From the IMG/VR virus record IMGVR_UViG_3300025715_000009, positions 64,001 through 128,000 of that record: a DNA stretch of 64,000 bases; one strand, given 5' to 3'. The first letter of the stretch is position 1. Every line of letters starts with the position of its first letter. Shown here in pieces: positions 43,462 through 55,298 of this stretch. The position numbers and the translations under genes were made by a program. A model generated the notes under the pieces. It was given only the letters and a program-made list of their open reading frames with translations, made no database searches and was not told the DNA's origin. The stretch comes from a virus (Duplodnaviria > Caudoviricetes).

Positions 43462-43944
43462 TTATATTCCATATTCTACTACTGTTATATTTAAGTTTGG
43501 TGTTACTGATTGAATAATTGAGACGATCTCATCCCAATTTCCTCTTGCTAATCCTGCTCCTATTTTTGGTATGCCTACTTTTTTACCAGCATATTCTTTA
43601 TTTAATTGGGAAAATATCTTTTCCACTGCATCTAAATTTACCAATTGTCCAGATCCACGATAATCATACTGAGTATAAGCATTGATAATTGTAAGGTCTT
43701 GATTTTTATATCCTGATCCATCTGGAACTTGCAAAATGATTTCTACTTTTGAGTATGTTCCAAGTTTTGATCTATCAGCATATTTAGTTTTTTTATCTAC
43801 CTCATATGCTTTAGGCCAATTTAATTTTATTTGTTTGGCTATACCCGCTCCCATTGTGCAGAAACAATTACACCCATGAACAATTATATCAAATTGACCT
43901 TTTTTGGTCAAGAGAATAAGATCCCCTCTTTTAGTCTGGATCAT
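43462..43944 (-). CDS. Macro domain protein
   Basis: GDL, IVHGCNCFCTMGAGIA, INAYTQ, IPKIGAGLARGNW. Confidence 0.9.
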   Translation of the reverse strand: MIQTKRGDLILLTKKGQFDIIVHGCNCFCTMGAGIAKQIKLNWPKAYEVDKKTKYADRSKLGTYSKVEIILQVPDGSGYKNQDLTIINAYTQYDYRGSGQLVNLDAVEKIFSQLNKEYAGKKVGIPKIGAGLARGNWDEIVSIIQSVTPNLNITVVEYGI

Positions 43945-45779
43945 CAGCTTTTTCTAAAATTTGAATTTGTTCACGAATTGCCTTTACAGCCAATTCATTA
44001 AAAGTTATATCCTGCCTATGGGCTTCTTTAGCAAGCTCTAAAAACAGATCGTCTGGGATGTCTACATCTATTTTTCTTTGAACAGTAAACATATCATTAA
44101 ATGCTTGATTATCAACAACTTTAAGAATAACATCTTTATGAGTAAGAACATCACTCAACTCTTCGGTAATAAATTGAAGATTTGATTTGCTAGTAATCAT
44201 TACTACTTTAACATTGTCCATCTTCTTCCTCCTTGCAGATAATATAACCACCATTTTCAAAAACAGATTTAATTTCACATTTTATGCCATCACATTTGCC
44301 AATATGAACTGACCCATTTACTGTTTTACCAGATATAATATATCCATATTTATTACAAAGAGCTGTTAGCTCCTGTGTGAACTCTTCTAAATTACTCATT
44401 TTTTACCTCTTAATTATATATGCTTTTCTTCAAAGAATTTTACCCACATCGGTTCAATGGTCATAAGCACATGATTTTGTTTTTCAACCTGACCAGTTAT
44501 GTCATAATAATTCTCTCCAATTTTGGTAATAACATGATCACTGTCATAATATGGTTCTGCTTCTGGATACTCCTCTTTTAATATCTTGTAAAAATCATAA
44601 CATCCACCTTGTGTAAAGATGACAACACTATTTGGGTGTGATTCTCTTATCTGCTCAATAAAGTTAAGTATTTCCATCTAACACCTTATTTACTGCTCTT
44701 GAAATAATATCAAAATCATTATTAAAAACATATACTAATCCACATTTGCTTGGGGTATCAGAATCAAATTTATCAAAAAGTCTATCAAACCACTCAGAGC
44801 GATATTCCCACTCCTCTTCTGATATCCCTTCTTCTGGATCTGTATTATTCCAATAATCAAATGATGGGAGAGAGTAGAGTTGCTTATAAACATTGGGGAA
44901 CTTATATTCACTTAATCCAAAAAATTGGATAACAATATCTCCTTCATTTTGATATACCACACAGCTAAGATCAATATCAAATGGTTCGCCTTTATTTGGT
45001 GAGATTCTGGCTGCTGGAATAATTTTCATGAGCTCACTAATTTTTTGGAATTTATTCTCTTTTGTAATATCATGTAGCCCCTTGGCTATAAAATTAATGC
45101 CATCTAAGGTGTAATCTTCTGATAAAAGTTTATTTAACCATTTTAGAAGTTCATCATATCCTTTATTCCATCTCCAGGCATAATAAATTTTTGTAGACAT
45201 AATTACCCCCTAAAAAAAGTAAATGGAATTGACAAGAAAATAATTGCACACCCTATAAACAATGTCATTATGCCTAAACCAAGAGACAGAATAGCAGTCC
45301 CAGAAATAATAAAGCTTGAAAAGATAAAAACACTTGTTAATTCTCTTGATCTATATGACATAATCTCCTCCAATTATACTAACCCATTCATCGCTTCTAA
45401 AACATCTGTCATAGTATCTATACTCTCTTTTTTCAAAGAAGAATAGTATTTTATATAATTTAAAGCAACTTGTTTAAAAGTAATAAAAACTTCATAGTTA
45501 TTAGAAATACAACACATATCATAGTGTAAGCTTTTGCTAATTATTATTGTTTCTTTAAATTGTTTTCTAAATTTTTTATCTCTTATAGAAATTTGTTCAG
45601 TACTATCAAACACATCAAAAATAGTTTCTGCTTTAAACATTTTTTGATAAGAATTAAATGTTCTTTTATCCAAGAAAATAATAGAACAAAGATCTTTAAT
45701 TTCTTGGACAAGTTGATTTCTAAATTCTTTAACCCCTTGAAGAGTTTCTTCTACTTTTTGTAAATTTTGTTTTTCATCA

Positions 45780-46247
45780 TCACTTAACAGCATCATCTTC
45801 TCCAAATTTGAAATCATCTTTTATCCACTGTTCTAATGTTTTGGCTTTTTTCAAACCAGCCAATTGTTCTTTAGTAAATCTTATGCCTGTATCTCCTGAA
45901 GATAAAGCTACTAATTTAGATCCTCTTTCTTCACATGTTTTTTTATATTTTCTCATGCTTGCTACTGGAAAAATGTAAAACTCATCCATATAGTGGTCTG
46001 TTATAGCAAACACATCTCCAATAAAAGAATTTATGCTTTTAATTGATACACCACTTCTTTTCACATCTACTTTAATAATTTCATCATTATTATATATATA
46101 AAAATCTCCATTCTTTAAATCAAAATATGTTGTATACTCTGGAAAACTTCTTGTTGATCTATATTCAACATTATGTTTCTTTAATAGATTAGAAAATTTT
46201 ACTTCTGCTTCTTGACCATAGGTAAGTCTTTCTTCAAATTCTTTCAT
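45780..46247 (-). CDS. PD-(D/E)xK-like nuclease
   Basis: GQEAE..GDFYI..KVDVKR. Confidence 0.4.
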   Translation of the reverse strand: MKEFEERLTYGQEAEVKFSNLLKKHNVEYRSTRSFPEYTTYFDLKNGDFYIYNNDEIIKVDVKRSGVSIKSINSFIGDVFAITDHYMDEFYIFPVASMRKYKKTCEERGSKLVALSSGDTGIRFTKEQLAGLKKAKTLEQWIKDDFKFGEDDAVK

Positions 46248-46720
46248 GATTAAATCCCCAATAGGGGTTGCCGAACCCCCATATCCCCAAATAAATCATT
46301 TGTCTTTGTAATAATAAATTTTATACGAACACTACTCAAAGTAAATGTATTATTTCTGCGAGTAATAGAAACATCATTTATTACCTTCTCTTCATTCTTT
46401 CCAACATAGAAAAGTTTAAGTGTTCTATTATCATAATCATAAAGCATAATTGTATCATTTATAGGTTCTACATTGATTACATATAAAATAAAAGTATTTC
46501 CACTTTGATAAATAAGGCTAAGTGTTGTATTTCCTTCTTGTTTAAGTAAATCTCTCATCAGTTTATAATATAGTTCAGTGTTCTCTTTTAATTCTTTTAC
46601 ATCATTTGAAGTCATATCCCAACAATAAAGTTCAGGATAATTTTGAGCAAAGGCTAGGCAAGAAATAAAAATAAATAGTAAAACAAGAAGCTTTTTCATT
46701 TATCCTCCAAAGATAATAAT

Positions 46721-46990
46721 ATGTACATGCTAAGAATCAATTATTCAGGGGCTCCTCTTTTGTTCGAGGTGGAAATAGGTAAAGATACAGCCACTATTAT
46801 AAAGGAGTTGTCCAATTACTTTAAAAAAAGGTATGAGTCTACACAAGAATTTAAAAAACAATGGCTCATCTCCTCTACTACAAACATACCCAAGACAACT
46901 GACTTTGGTCATTTATTATACTCACAAGATTTAGCAATCTTACAAGCGCTCATCATCAAATATGTGTTTAATGATTTAAAGATTACTTAA
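46721..46990 (+). CDS. Isolated plus-strand protein with hIKxhF tag
   Basis: AAGATAA 4 nt before ATG; ends QALIIKYVFND. Confidence 0.6.
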   Translation: MYMLRINYSGAPLLFEVEIGKDTATIIKELSNYFKKRYESTQEFKKQWLISSTTNIPKTTDFGHLLYSQDLAILQALIIKYVFNDLKIT

Positions 46991-48469
46991 TCTTTTTGCC
47001 AAGGCCAACAACCAAGAGCCAAGCGTATAATCAATAACATAACAACAAAAATCCCAATAGCTATTATTATTCTACTGATCATTTGGTGTATAGTTCCATG
47101 TTTCTTTAACTTGTTCAATTGCTTCTTTTAGTATCTTACCAGTTGTTCCAACATATTGAACACCATCTTTCCACCATGCAAAACAAGTCATGCCATCAAT
47201 AAAACCCTCCATGTATTCATCCATATTATACTCCTTCAAGATTATCAATTACTACTAAAATTGTTGCTGGATTTACGCCAGTTTTTAACAATTTTCGCGC
47301 TTTTTCTAAATAAGAAAAATGTGATCCTCCAGTCCAATCATGAACACCATCATGAATTTCATAATACCATCCACACTCATCTGTGTGGTTATAATGACAT
47401 AATTTAGCATGTAGAGAAAATGCTAATAGATATTCAGGACAAAGAGATTCAATATCATGAGCTTCTTTTTTAAGTTTTTCTAATTCTTTTTGTTTTTCAT
47501 TAATCTCTTGTTGTAATTTTTCCATATAATTCATACCACACCTCCTATATTAGATACACTCTCTTAATCTTTTCCATTTTTCAGCTGCTTTATTTTTATC
47601 ACTATCAAAATTAAAAGTTAACTTTATAATAAAAATTCTATTATCGTGAAAATCAAAATAAAAGCTTTTTTTATCTCTAATTCCAGATGTTCCATCAATT
47701 AAATATTCTGATAGTTGATTAAAAAATTTTTTGTCTTTTCTTGACCCATTAGATCTTGTATAAAAAAATATATTATTATCATTAAATTCTATTGCTTTTA
47801 TTAATTCTTTTCCATTTAATAAATCTTTAGCCGCTAAAGCATAGTCCATTTTAATGCCTTCGTTGTTTTTTCTCAAAAATTTCTTGTGTTTGTATAAACA
47901 AACATAAAATATTTTCTTCTACTTTGAAATATTTTGCAACTACAATATATACTATATCATTTAGATAAACACATTCATTGATACTCGGAATATATTCTGG
48001 ATATTCTTGATCAAGAAAATTTTTCACAACATCATCGTTTTCTTGAACCACTGCATAGCTTGCAATAAATGGTTTCCCAAGAAGACAATTTTTAGCTTTT
48101 ACTGCATCATTCATTATTCACCTTCTGGGAAAACAACTTCATATATAGTCTCTTTGCCACCAAATTTCCAAAATGTTCGTTTATATACTATATTGCGCTC
48201 AATAAGAACAGGAGCTATCTTTACTGCATTTTCTGGTATAGCCATATTGCTTACTTTTGATCTGATATTATTAGCTGTAATAAAATTACCATCATGATCA
48301 ACATAATATCCATTGATTGCAATAAGCTCATGCTGTACTTTTTCATCTGAGTAAATAACTTTTTCATTTGATGCAATAAGACCACCAAACATTATACCCA
48401 GAGCAAACATAATTGGAAGAAAGAGTGGACTTTCCGTAATTATAGATCCTAAAGTTCCAATTATTACAC

Positions 48470-48862
48470 ATATAACAATAATAATTATTAAGCTACCCAT
48501 TATTCCTCTCCTGCTTTAAAATTATATACAGGTCGCATAGTAAGATGAATATCTACCGTATACTTAATATATTCTTTTATCTTTTCAGGATCTTTGTAAG
48601 CCATAGGAGACCCATCAAAAATTGAAGTTGAAATGTAAGAAGACTAAACATCCCTCCTATAATACCAATTAAAGAAAATATAACAATAATAATTATTAAG
48701 CTACCCATTATTCCTCTCCTGCTTTAAAATTATAAACAGGTCGCATAGTAAGATGAATATCTACAGTGTCCTTAATATATTCTTTGATCTTTTCAGGGTC
48801 TTTGTAAGCCATAGGAGACTCATCAAGAGTTGAAGTTGAAACACAAGAAGACCAAACCTCCT
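48470..48862. repeat. Imperfect tandem duplication (period 208 bp) of the rtcB 3' end plus the start of the next gene
   Basis: About 48470-48654 matches about 48678-48862 with scattered substitutions. Confidence 0.9.
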
Positions 48863-50909
48863 TCATGCTATCCTTGAAATCTTCCATTTTGAGAGTTCGC
48901 TTTGCTTCTCCTCTACCCATAGTTCTGCCAGCTCCATGAGGAGCTGAGCAGTTCCAATCATCATTACCTTTTCCTTTACAGATAATAATGCCGTCTCGCA
49001 TATTCCAAGGGATAATCAGATCATCACCTGCATAAGCAGCTACTGCGCCCTTTCGAATGATTGAGTGTTCAATATCTACATAGTTATGAAGAGTCTCAAT
49101 TCTCTCAAGCTTGTTAAAGTTCTCCTTGAAGAAATCTACAGCAACAGTCTTGAGTATGATTTTACGAGAGAGGCATGCAAATTCATGAGCTGCTTTAGTA
49201 GCCTCAATATAATCTTGCATAGCTTGTCCAGTAATATATTCAAGCCCATTTACTGAACCTTGAGACTTGTTTGTTTCCTTTTTGGCAATATTCTGATAAA
49301 AGTTAGCAATCTTTAATCCAAAGTTTCTTGAACCAGTATGAACAGTAAACCAATAGTCTCCATTATCATCAAGGTTAAGCTCCATGAAGTGGTTTCCACC
49401 GCCTAAAGTTCCACATGATGCAAGAACATAGTCAAGCTTCTGAGCAGTTGAGTGAGCAATTCGAGTGATGAAATCAAGATCAATCTCTTCAATCATCTTG
49501 TGAGGCTTTTGTCGAATATCAAAACCAGCAGGGATATTTTGTCTAATGAATTTATCAAGGTGATCCATTTGAAGACCAGAAATTTTTCCAATCTTTACAG
49601 ATGCTACACCACAATTATGAACAAATACACCAGCAGAAAGTGCAAAATTATGAGAATCATTATCTACAGTGAGACAATAGACTGGGATAATATCGGTTTT
49701 AATTCTAATTGATGTTACCTTATGATTTAAACATTTATGATTCTTGAAATAAAAATTTGATCTAAATTTTCTTCCACACTTCTCACAGGTAATATATATA
49801 GGATTATGAGATTTAATATGTTTGTTATAGTTTCCACTTCCAAGAATGGTTCTACCACAAATATCACACGTGTATGAAGTAGGGTTTTTATTGTATTCTA
49901 TTAAATATTTTTTCCCCCTCTCACCATTCTTCATGAATGGAATTTTATCTATGAATTTTTTTCCTTTTCTCTTCTTTCCACCTTCTATAACAGCATTTCT
50001 AAAATTGTCATTCTTCCAGTTTTTCTTCATATTATCTGAACCCATTTTTGCAAAAAACTTTGGATTTTTCCTATGTGCTGCTCCAAATCCACTTATTCCC
50101 AATTCATTTATTTCTTTGGCGTGAGATGCATGAATTTTCCAATGGGCTTTCCAATCTAAAATTTCTATATTTGATGGATTATTATTATATTTATTAAAAT
50201 CCTTATGATGACGAATCCCCCTTGAGTTATAAATGCCATTTTTGAGATTATATTCATCTGAAAGATAATGAATATATTTCCACTTATTTGACAGTGGATC
50301 ATAAACAACATAATATTCTGACAATTTATTTCTCTTATCTCTAAGTAAGAGATCTTTGTCTGATATTTCTGATGATTTTTTAATATAAAGAGGCATTAGA
50401 GATAATCCCTCTGTTAAATCTTTTGCAAGAATTTGATTGTTTTGTCTATCATAGAAAATATGATCTGGTGTACACTCGATAATTTCACCATTATCAAGGG
50501 TTATTTCTACTATTTTCATAGATTCACCATATTGAGAAACATCTGTTATTTGTGAAATAATTACTTCTGAATTGCTATTTATTGAAAAACAATAATTTAT
50601 TTTTCCAGATTTATATTCTTCTAAAAGCTGTATGAACGAAATATCTCTCCCATCAGCAAGACGGACTTTTGTATTTCCAGAAAAACAAGAGATATCAACA
50701 CCTACGACATTGGGAACAATCTTGTCAGAATAAGTAGAAGTAAACCCAATTACAGATCCTGCACCTGCATGAACATCTGGCATTATACGGATCTTGGATC
50801 CTTCAAATGCTTGGCAGTTGACGAATGAGTAGATTTGAGAAATAGCTGTCTGTTCTATTTCATCATTATATACATGAGCTTCTGAATACTTTCCCTTAAT
50901 TATCTGCAT
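48708..50909 (-). CDS. rtcB: RtcB RNA ligase containing an intein
   Basis: MPDVHAG..IGFT, VGVDIS|CG, GTLGGGNHF, HTGSR, HNY, RKGA, HGAGR, DESPMAYK. Confidence 0.95.
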   Translation of the reverse strand: MQIIKGKYSEAHVYNDEIEQTAISQIYSFVNCQAFEGSKIRIMPDVHAGAGSVIGFTSTYSDKIVPNVVGVDISCFSGNTKVRLADGRDISFIQLLEEYKSGKINYCFSINSNSEVIISQITDVSQYGESMKIVEITLDNGEIIECTPDHIFYDRQNNQILAKDLTEGLSLMPLYIKKSSEISDKDLLLRDKRNKLSEYYVVYDPLSNKWKYIHYLSDEYNLKNGIYNSRGIRHHKDFNKYNNNPSNIEILDWKAHWKIHASHAKEINELGISGFGAAHRKNPKFFAKMGSDNMKKNWKNDNFRNAVIEGGKKRKGKKFIDKIPFMKNGERGKKYLIEYNKNPTSYTCDICGRTILGSGNYNKHIKSHNPIYITCEKCGRKFRSNFYFKNHKCLNHKVTSIRIKTDIIPVYCLTVDNDSHNFALSAGVFVHNCGVASVKIGKISGLQMDHLDKFIRQNIPAGFDIRQKPHKMIEEIDLDFITRIAHSTAQKLDYVLASCGTLGGGNHFMELNLDDNGDYWFTVHTGSRNFGLKIANFYQNIAKKETNKSQGSVNGLEYITGQAMQDYIEATKAAHEFACLSRKIILKTVAVDFFKENFNKLERIETLHNYVDIEHSIIRKGAVAAYAGDDLIIPWNMRDGIIICKGKGNDDWNCSAPHGAGRTMGRGEAKRTLKMEDFKDSMKEVWSSCVSTSTLDESPMAYKDPEKIKEYIKDTVDIHLTMRPVYNFKAGEE
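49614..50687 (-). mobile_element. Intein (358 aa) with HNH endonuclease and C2H2-like fingers
   Basis: Block A CFSGNTKV, block B CTPDH, end HNFALSAGVFVHN|C; HHKDFNKYNNNPSN; CDICG..HIKSH, CEKCG..HKC. Confidence 0.92.
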
Positions 50910-51231
50910 CTTCCATTCCTTTTACAAGATTTTTAATTGTTTCTGCTTCTTCAATTTTATTATCAAGTGCATTATAATATTTATCACTCATATAAGAATA
51001 TGAACTTTCTTTTTTGAGATTTTCTATTTCTTTTTCAATCATATCCAAGATATTTTCTTTGGTCATTTTTTCTCCATACTTGCCTTTAATATAGCAAGAT
51101 CTCTAACAACAAGGATGTTTGCATAGATTAAACCAAAAACATAGCTTGTCCAAACCGGCAAATGAAAATATGCTGTAGCAAATGTGATAAAAAACGCTGA
51201 AATGGCAAATCTACTAAAGAAAATAATCAGA

Positions 51232-51624
51232 TTAAGAATCACTTAAATGCTCCTTTTTAACCTCTCCACAATACTTACAAGTATAAATTGTAATTATATC
51301 AATGTCTATATTGTCTTGTTTTAGTGAATATTGTTTAGTCTGTTCCCAAAAGTGAAGACATTCAACTTCACCACAGATTGAACAAATTTTCTTATTGTCC
51401 TTAATCTCCCATTTATGATTGCAAGTAATGGGGATAGTTTTAATCTCTCCACATCTTAGGCAAGTTTGAATCCCTTTTTCAAAATTGTTTTCCCATTGAT
51501 GAATACAAGTAGGTAAGCCAACAAATTTTGCCTCATTACACTCTATACAAAATTGATAACCGCGATCATCTACGGCGGACCAATATTTGTGTTTACAGCG
51601 TAATAGCTTATTAATAAACTTCAT
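51232..51624 (-). CDS. Zinc-ribbon repeat protein
   Basis: Four CxHx(x)W...CxxC(G/N)E units. Confidence 0.6.
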   Translation of the reverse strand: MKFINKLLRCKHKYWSAVDDRGYQFCIECNEAKFVGLPTCIHQWENNFEKGIQTCLRCGEIKTIPITCNHKWEIKDNKKICSICGEVECLHFWEQTKQYSLKQDNIDIDIITIYTCKYCGEVKKEHLSDS

Positions 51625-52139
51625 TCTGAAAAAATGCTCCCATTGCTATCAATGATTACTACTTTCTTACAAGAAGGGCATCTAAACTTGCCGCTCTTGC
51701 TTGCCTTAAGCTTATGAAAACAAGCTGGGCAAGATAGAACAGCTGGAAAGATAGGATTGAGCCCAGACTTGAAATAAGAAACAGCATTGCTGATGTTATC
51801 AAACTTGTTAAAGAAAGTAGAAAATCCCAGGAGTTGGAAAACCTCAAAGACTCTTGGACTTACATCAGTAAGAGCCATTTCTCGCCCAGGGGTTTTAGAG
51901 ACTGCCCGGAGGATCCCACTAAATGCGCCAATTCCAGTTGAGGCAACATAAGAGATTTTTGCCATGCTAAAGATAAACTTGTTGTATGAGCTATTAAGCA
52001 GAAGCTGAACTCGCTTGGTGAAAAAATCGGAGTTATAGGTGCTCAGCTCACCACTCATATGAACAATTACGATGTCCTCAAACTCTTCAAGCCTAAGGTC
52101 CAAAAGCTTATCCTTCACATCATAAAAACCATTAATCAT
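51621..52139 (-). CDS. STAS-domain anti-sigma-factor antagonist with C-terminal zinc ribbon
   Basis: MSGEL, ISYVASTGIGAF, VFEVFQLLGF; CPAC..GKFRCPSC. Confidence 0.85.
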   Translation of the reverse strand: MINGFYDVKDKLLDLRLEEFEDIVIVHMSGELSTYNSDFFTKRVQLLLNSSYNKFIFSMAKISYVASTGIGAFSGILRAVSKTPGREMALTDVSPRVFEVFQLLGFSTFFNKFDNISNAVSYFKSGLNPIFPAVLSCPACFHKLKASKSGKFRCPSCKKVVIIDSNGSIFSE

Positions 52140-52175
52140 AGAGGTCCTCCTGATAAGATTATATACTTATTTTAT

Positions 52176-52509
52176 CTACTCTAAATTGCTTTTCCACCAT
52201 CTGCATGTTTTTTCTTTGGGTGGTTTTTTTAATCCAGATTGAGCATAGCACCACCCATAAGATTTAGCTACAATAGAAGTAAATCTTTTTGAGCAATTAT
52301 CACACGTATGGTTTAATAATAAATTTTTAGCTAATTCTAAATCGTCCATATATTTTTTGCCAAAAAGGACATGTGTTTTCTGCTGGTTGTTGTTCATAAA
52401 CAAAACACCATCTTTCTGGATCGCTAGAAAATGCTACATGTATTTTCCTGCAACAATTTTCACATGTGTTTTCTAATAATAAATTTTTAACAATAGTTAT
52501 TTCGTCCAT
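52176..52509 (-). CDS. Two small CxxC proteins with AKxLL-type tag (52176-52349, 52327-52509)
   Basis: MDDLELAKNLLLNHTCDNC; MDEITIVKNLLLENTCENC. Confidence 0.7.
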
Positions 52510-52877
52510 AATAGAAATGGTGTAGTAAAGGCGTCTTGATATTCTAGTCGATCATCAATATGAAGATCTAGTTTTAAGTCTTGGGCAATTTCTGCTTTTG
52601 CTCCCCACCAAATAGAATCAGCAAATGATGGTCTATTATACTTATCATATTCCCAAGGATAACCTTTTTCTAGCAAATAATCTGTTGTACTAATTATTTT
52701 AGTAATTTTAATGGGATTGATTTTTAATTGTTTTAATTCTTTTTCTGCATCTTTATGAGATGATCCGGTCATGATATAAATATCATGACCTTGTAAAATC
52801 ATGTCATCAATATAATTCTTGAATTCCTTGGGGCTTTTGTCTAGGGTGCCGTGTAAATCGATACTGATTCTCATCAA
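52497..52877 (-). CDS. HAD-superfamily phosphatase-like protein
   Basis: ISIDLHGTLD, IMTG, K, HIDD. Confidence 0.65.
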   Translation of the reverse strand: MMRISIDLHGTLDKSPKEFKNYIDDMILQGHDIYIMTGSSHKDAEKELKQLKINPIKITKIISTTDYLLEKGYPWEYDKYNRPSFADSIWWGAKAEIAQDLKLDLHIDDRLEYQDAFTTPFLLWTK

Positions 52878-53213
52878 ACTCTCCTAAAAGGATTTTTTTA
52901 GCCAATAGCTCTAATCCATCATCTATATTATATACCTTATATAAAGCATATATCCCAGCCAAGGAAATTCTCCAGAAATTTCCTCTTTCCATATAATGAT
53001 CAGCTTCAATTCCAGATCCATCTCTATTGATTAGATTTTCATTCCATTTTTCTTTCTCCACCCCTTTTAAAAAAAGTTCATATATCTTTGTAGGTCTTTG
53101 AAAAAGAGTTTTAAAATATCTTGTAGGAATCCAATTATACCCAAATTTATCATATATCAACTTTATTGATTCTGCATCGAGGCTTATTTTATATGGCATG
53201 GTTTCTAAAGTAA

Positions 53214-53738
53214 TCATCTAAATCTAATTCCTAACGCCAATCCAAATATATACGGCGAACCCATATCAAATTCTACGCTTTCTGTATGGTCTGCATTAAG
53301 ATTCAATTCCATTCCACCAAAATGAGCTCCACCTGAAAAATCAAAAAACATAATTTTAAAAAAATTGAATCTAAATCCTCCACCAATATATGGATAAACA
53401 GCAGAATCAACACCAAACACAGTGTTTAAAACAACACCACCACCTGCATAAACAGACATAGATTGAGATAGTGGAATCATAATCCTACTAGATAGATCAA
53501 ATGTATGAACAGTTCCACCCTCAAAAACAGGTTCATGTCCATAAATATATGGAATATATTGCCAATCACTATTGGCATACATCATAGACATATTAAATAT
53601 CTTATAGTTAGTTTCTAGTCCCCACCCCGGAACTAGGGCAATCCCAGAAAACAAACCTACTCCTGTTTTAATGCCTACTTGAGAATAGGCAGAGAGAGCA
53701 AGACAAAATAACATAAAAATAATAAAAACTTTTTTCAT
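53214..53738 (-). CDS. Secreted 8-strand outer-membrane beta-barrel-like protein
   Basis: Signal peptide (AYS|Q), YAGGG, YIGGGFRF, terminal ALGIRFR. Confidence 0.6.
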   Translation of the reverse strand: MKKVFIIFMLFCLALSAYSQVGIKTGVGLFSGIALVPGWGLETNYKIFNMSMMYANSDWQYIPYIYGHEPVFEGGTVHTFDLSSRIMIPLSQSMSVYAGGGVVLNTVFGVDSAVYPYIGGGFRFNFFKIMFFDFSGGAHFGGMELNLNADHTESVEFDMGSPYIFGLALGIRFR

Positions 53739-55046
53739 TTATACCCCTGAATTATCTTGGCTAATTCCACCCATTCTCTACTTTTTCATCAAGATATTCC
53801 ATAGCTGCATCACATAGATCTGCTCCAGCTATTTGATTTCCAATCTTTATACCCTGAAAAGTAGAAATAGAAATTTCTAATTCTGGAAATTCTTGAGCAA
53901 TGATCTGACCAATCATCCCCCACCCAATTTCCTGCTTAATTCTTAACTGTTTTACTCTTTTTGCGAGTTGAGGATTTTTCTGCATTGCTTGAATGAACTT
54001 CAGTTTTCCCATTTTCACCTGCCTTCACCAAATGAAGCTTGGTGTTTGATTTATTAACGTGTTCTCCACCACACCACCCACAATTAATCCTTCTTCCTTT
54101 GGTAATCATCTTGTATGAGATAAAGAAGACCTTTTTACAATAAAGACAAGTTGCCTCTTTGATAGGATTAAGAATAGCCATAAGTCCTCCTATTAAATTA
54201 TACTAATAAAAGTTGTTTTGCTAAAATACAATTTAAATCATTGAGTATTTTTTTATCTATTACTTCTTGAGCATCATACATGGGCATTACAAATCCGTTG
54301 ATATCTACTTTTTCATCAATTAGTAATAATTGGCCATGATTAGATTCTATTACAACTACTTCAGATGGGAAATCTAAAACCTTGAAAAAGATTTTTTGAT
54401 CTGATTCAAAAAACCACTTGTCTTTGAGGAAATAATTTATATTATCAATTAGAGTCATAATTTAATATGTCCTTTTCATTCCAAACAACACCATCATAAT
54501 CAAAAATATTCTCAAGCATATTATTAAAATAAACAGAATCAGATACCATTATTTTTGTAGAGCATGAAAATTGTTTTACAAAATTATATATATAAGGTAT
54601 TGAATTATTTATATAATATTTAGGGAAATAAATATAATTTGTACCATATAAAATAGAATTAATTATTACCTGAATTCCATCAGAATAAGATGTTTTTGAT
54701 GTAAGATGATTACCAGCTATTGCCGTAGCAAGATTCATAGGTTCTAGGAAACTAGTAATAGAAAAACAAGTGGAGATATGGGGCAAATCTTCTTTATTAT
54801 TGGAAATTTGACGGATGATCTCCAAACCCGTCTTGGTATTTTCTATATTAACTATCCAAGATTTGTTCCGGTCTAATAATGATATTGCCTCTATTGCTTC
54901 AAAAACTGTATCTTGTTTTAAATCTACAATTCGTGTTGAACAAAGAGGGTGATCATCTAAAGAATAAATAGCATTATAAAGACGACATGCTAAGAAATCG
55001 TTTTTTTGTTCTTTGGATAAATCTGGTTTCCAAAGCCAGTTTTCAA

Positions 55047-55247
55047 TCATTTATTGGCTTCTTTAATCTCTTGTTGGATAGTATCCAGGTTTTTAATCAT
55101 CTCATCCCACTCTTCAAGAGTTAGATTGATTCCTTTATTGCCTGGTCTCTCTTCGCCTTCATATTCATACCATTGGCGAATACTAATATACATTTTACCT
55201 TTAAATTCACTTGGGGTGATTTTTATATTACGGCTTCCTATATTCAT
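55047..55247 (-). CDS. PC4/YdbC-like ssDNA-binding protein
   Basis: SEFKGKMYISIRQWY..PGNKGINLTLEEW. Confidence 0.85.
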   Translation of the reverse strand: MNIGSRNIKITPSEFKGKMYISIRQWYEYEGEERPGNKGINLTLEEWDEMIKNLDTIQQEIKEANK

Positions 55248-55272
55248 ATTTTCTCCTTATAATATATATGCT

Positions 55273-55298
55273 AAAAAAAGAGCCGCATTAGCGGCTCT
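55273..55298 (-). terminator. Intrinsic terminator
   Basis: agagccgc/gcggctct stem followed by a U-tract on the - strand. Confidence 0.8.

Noticed and set aside
48470-48862. DGR template/variable repeat pair
   Set aside because: Substitutions are not adenine-specific (for example TGG>TAG, CTT>TTT, GAC>GAT) and no reverse transcriptase is in the window.
54445-55050. Possible TIM-barrel/pterin-binding enzyme
   Set aside because: No diagnostic motif could be identified with confidence; left as hypothetical.
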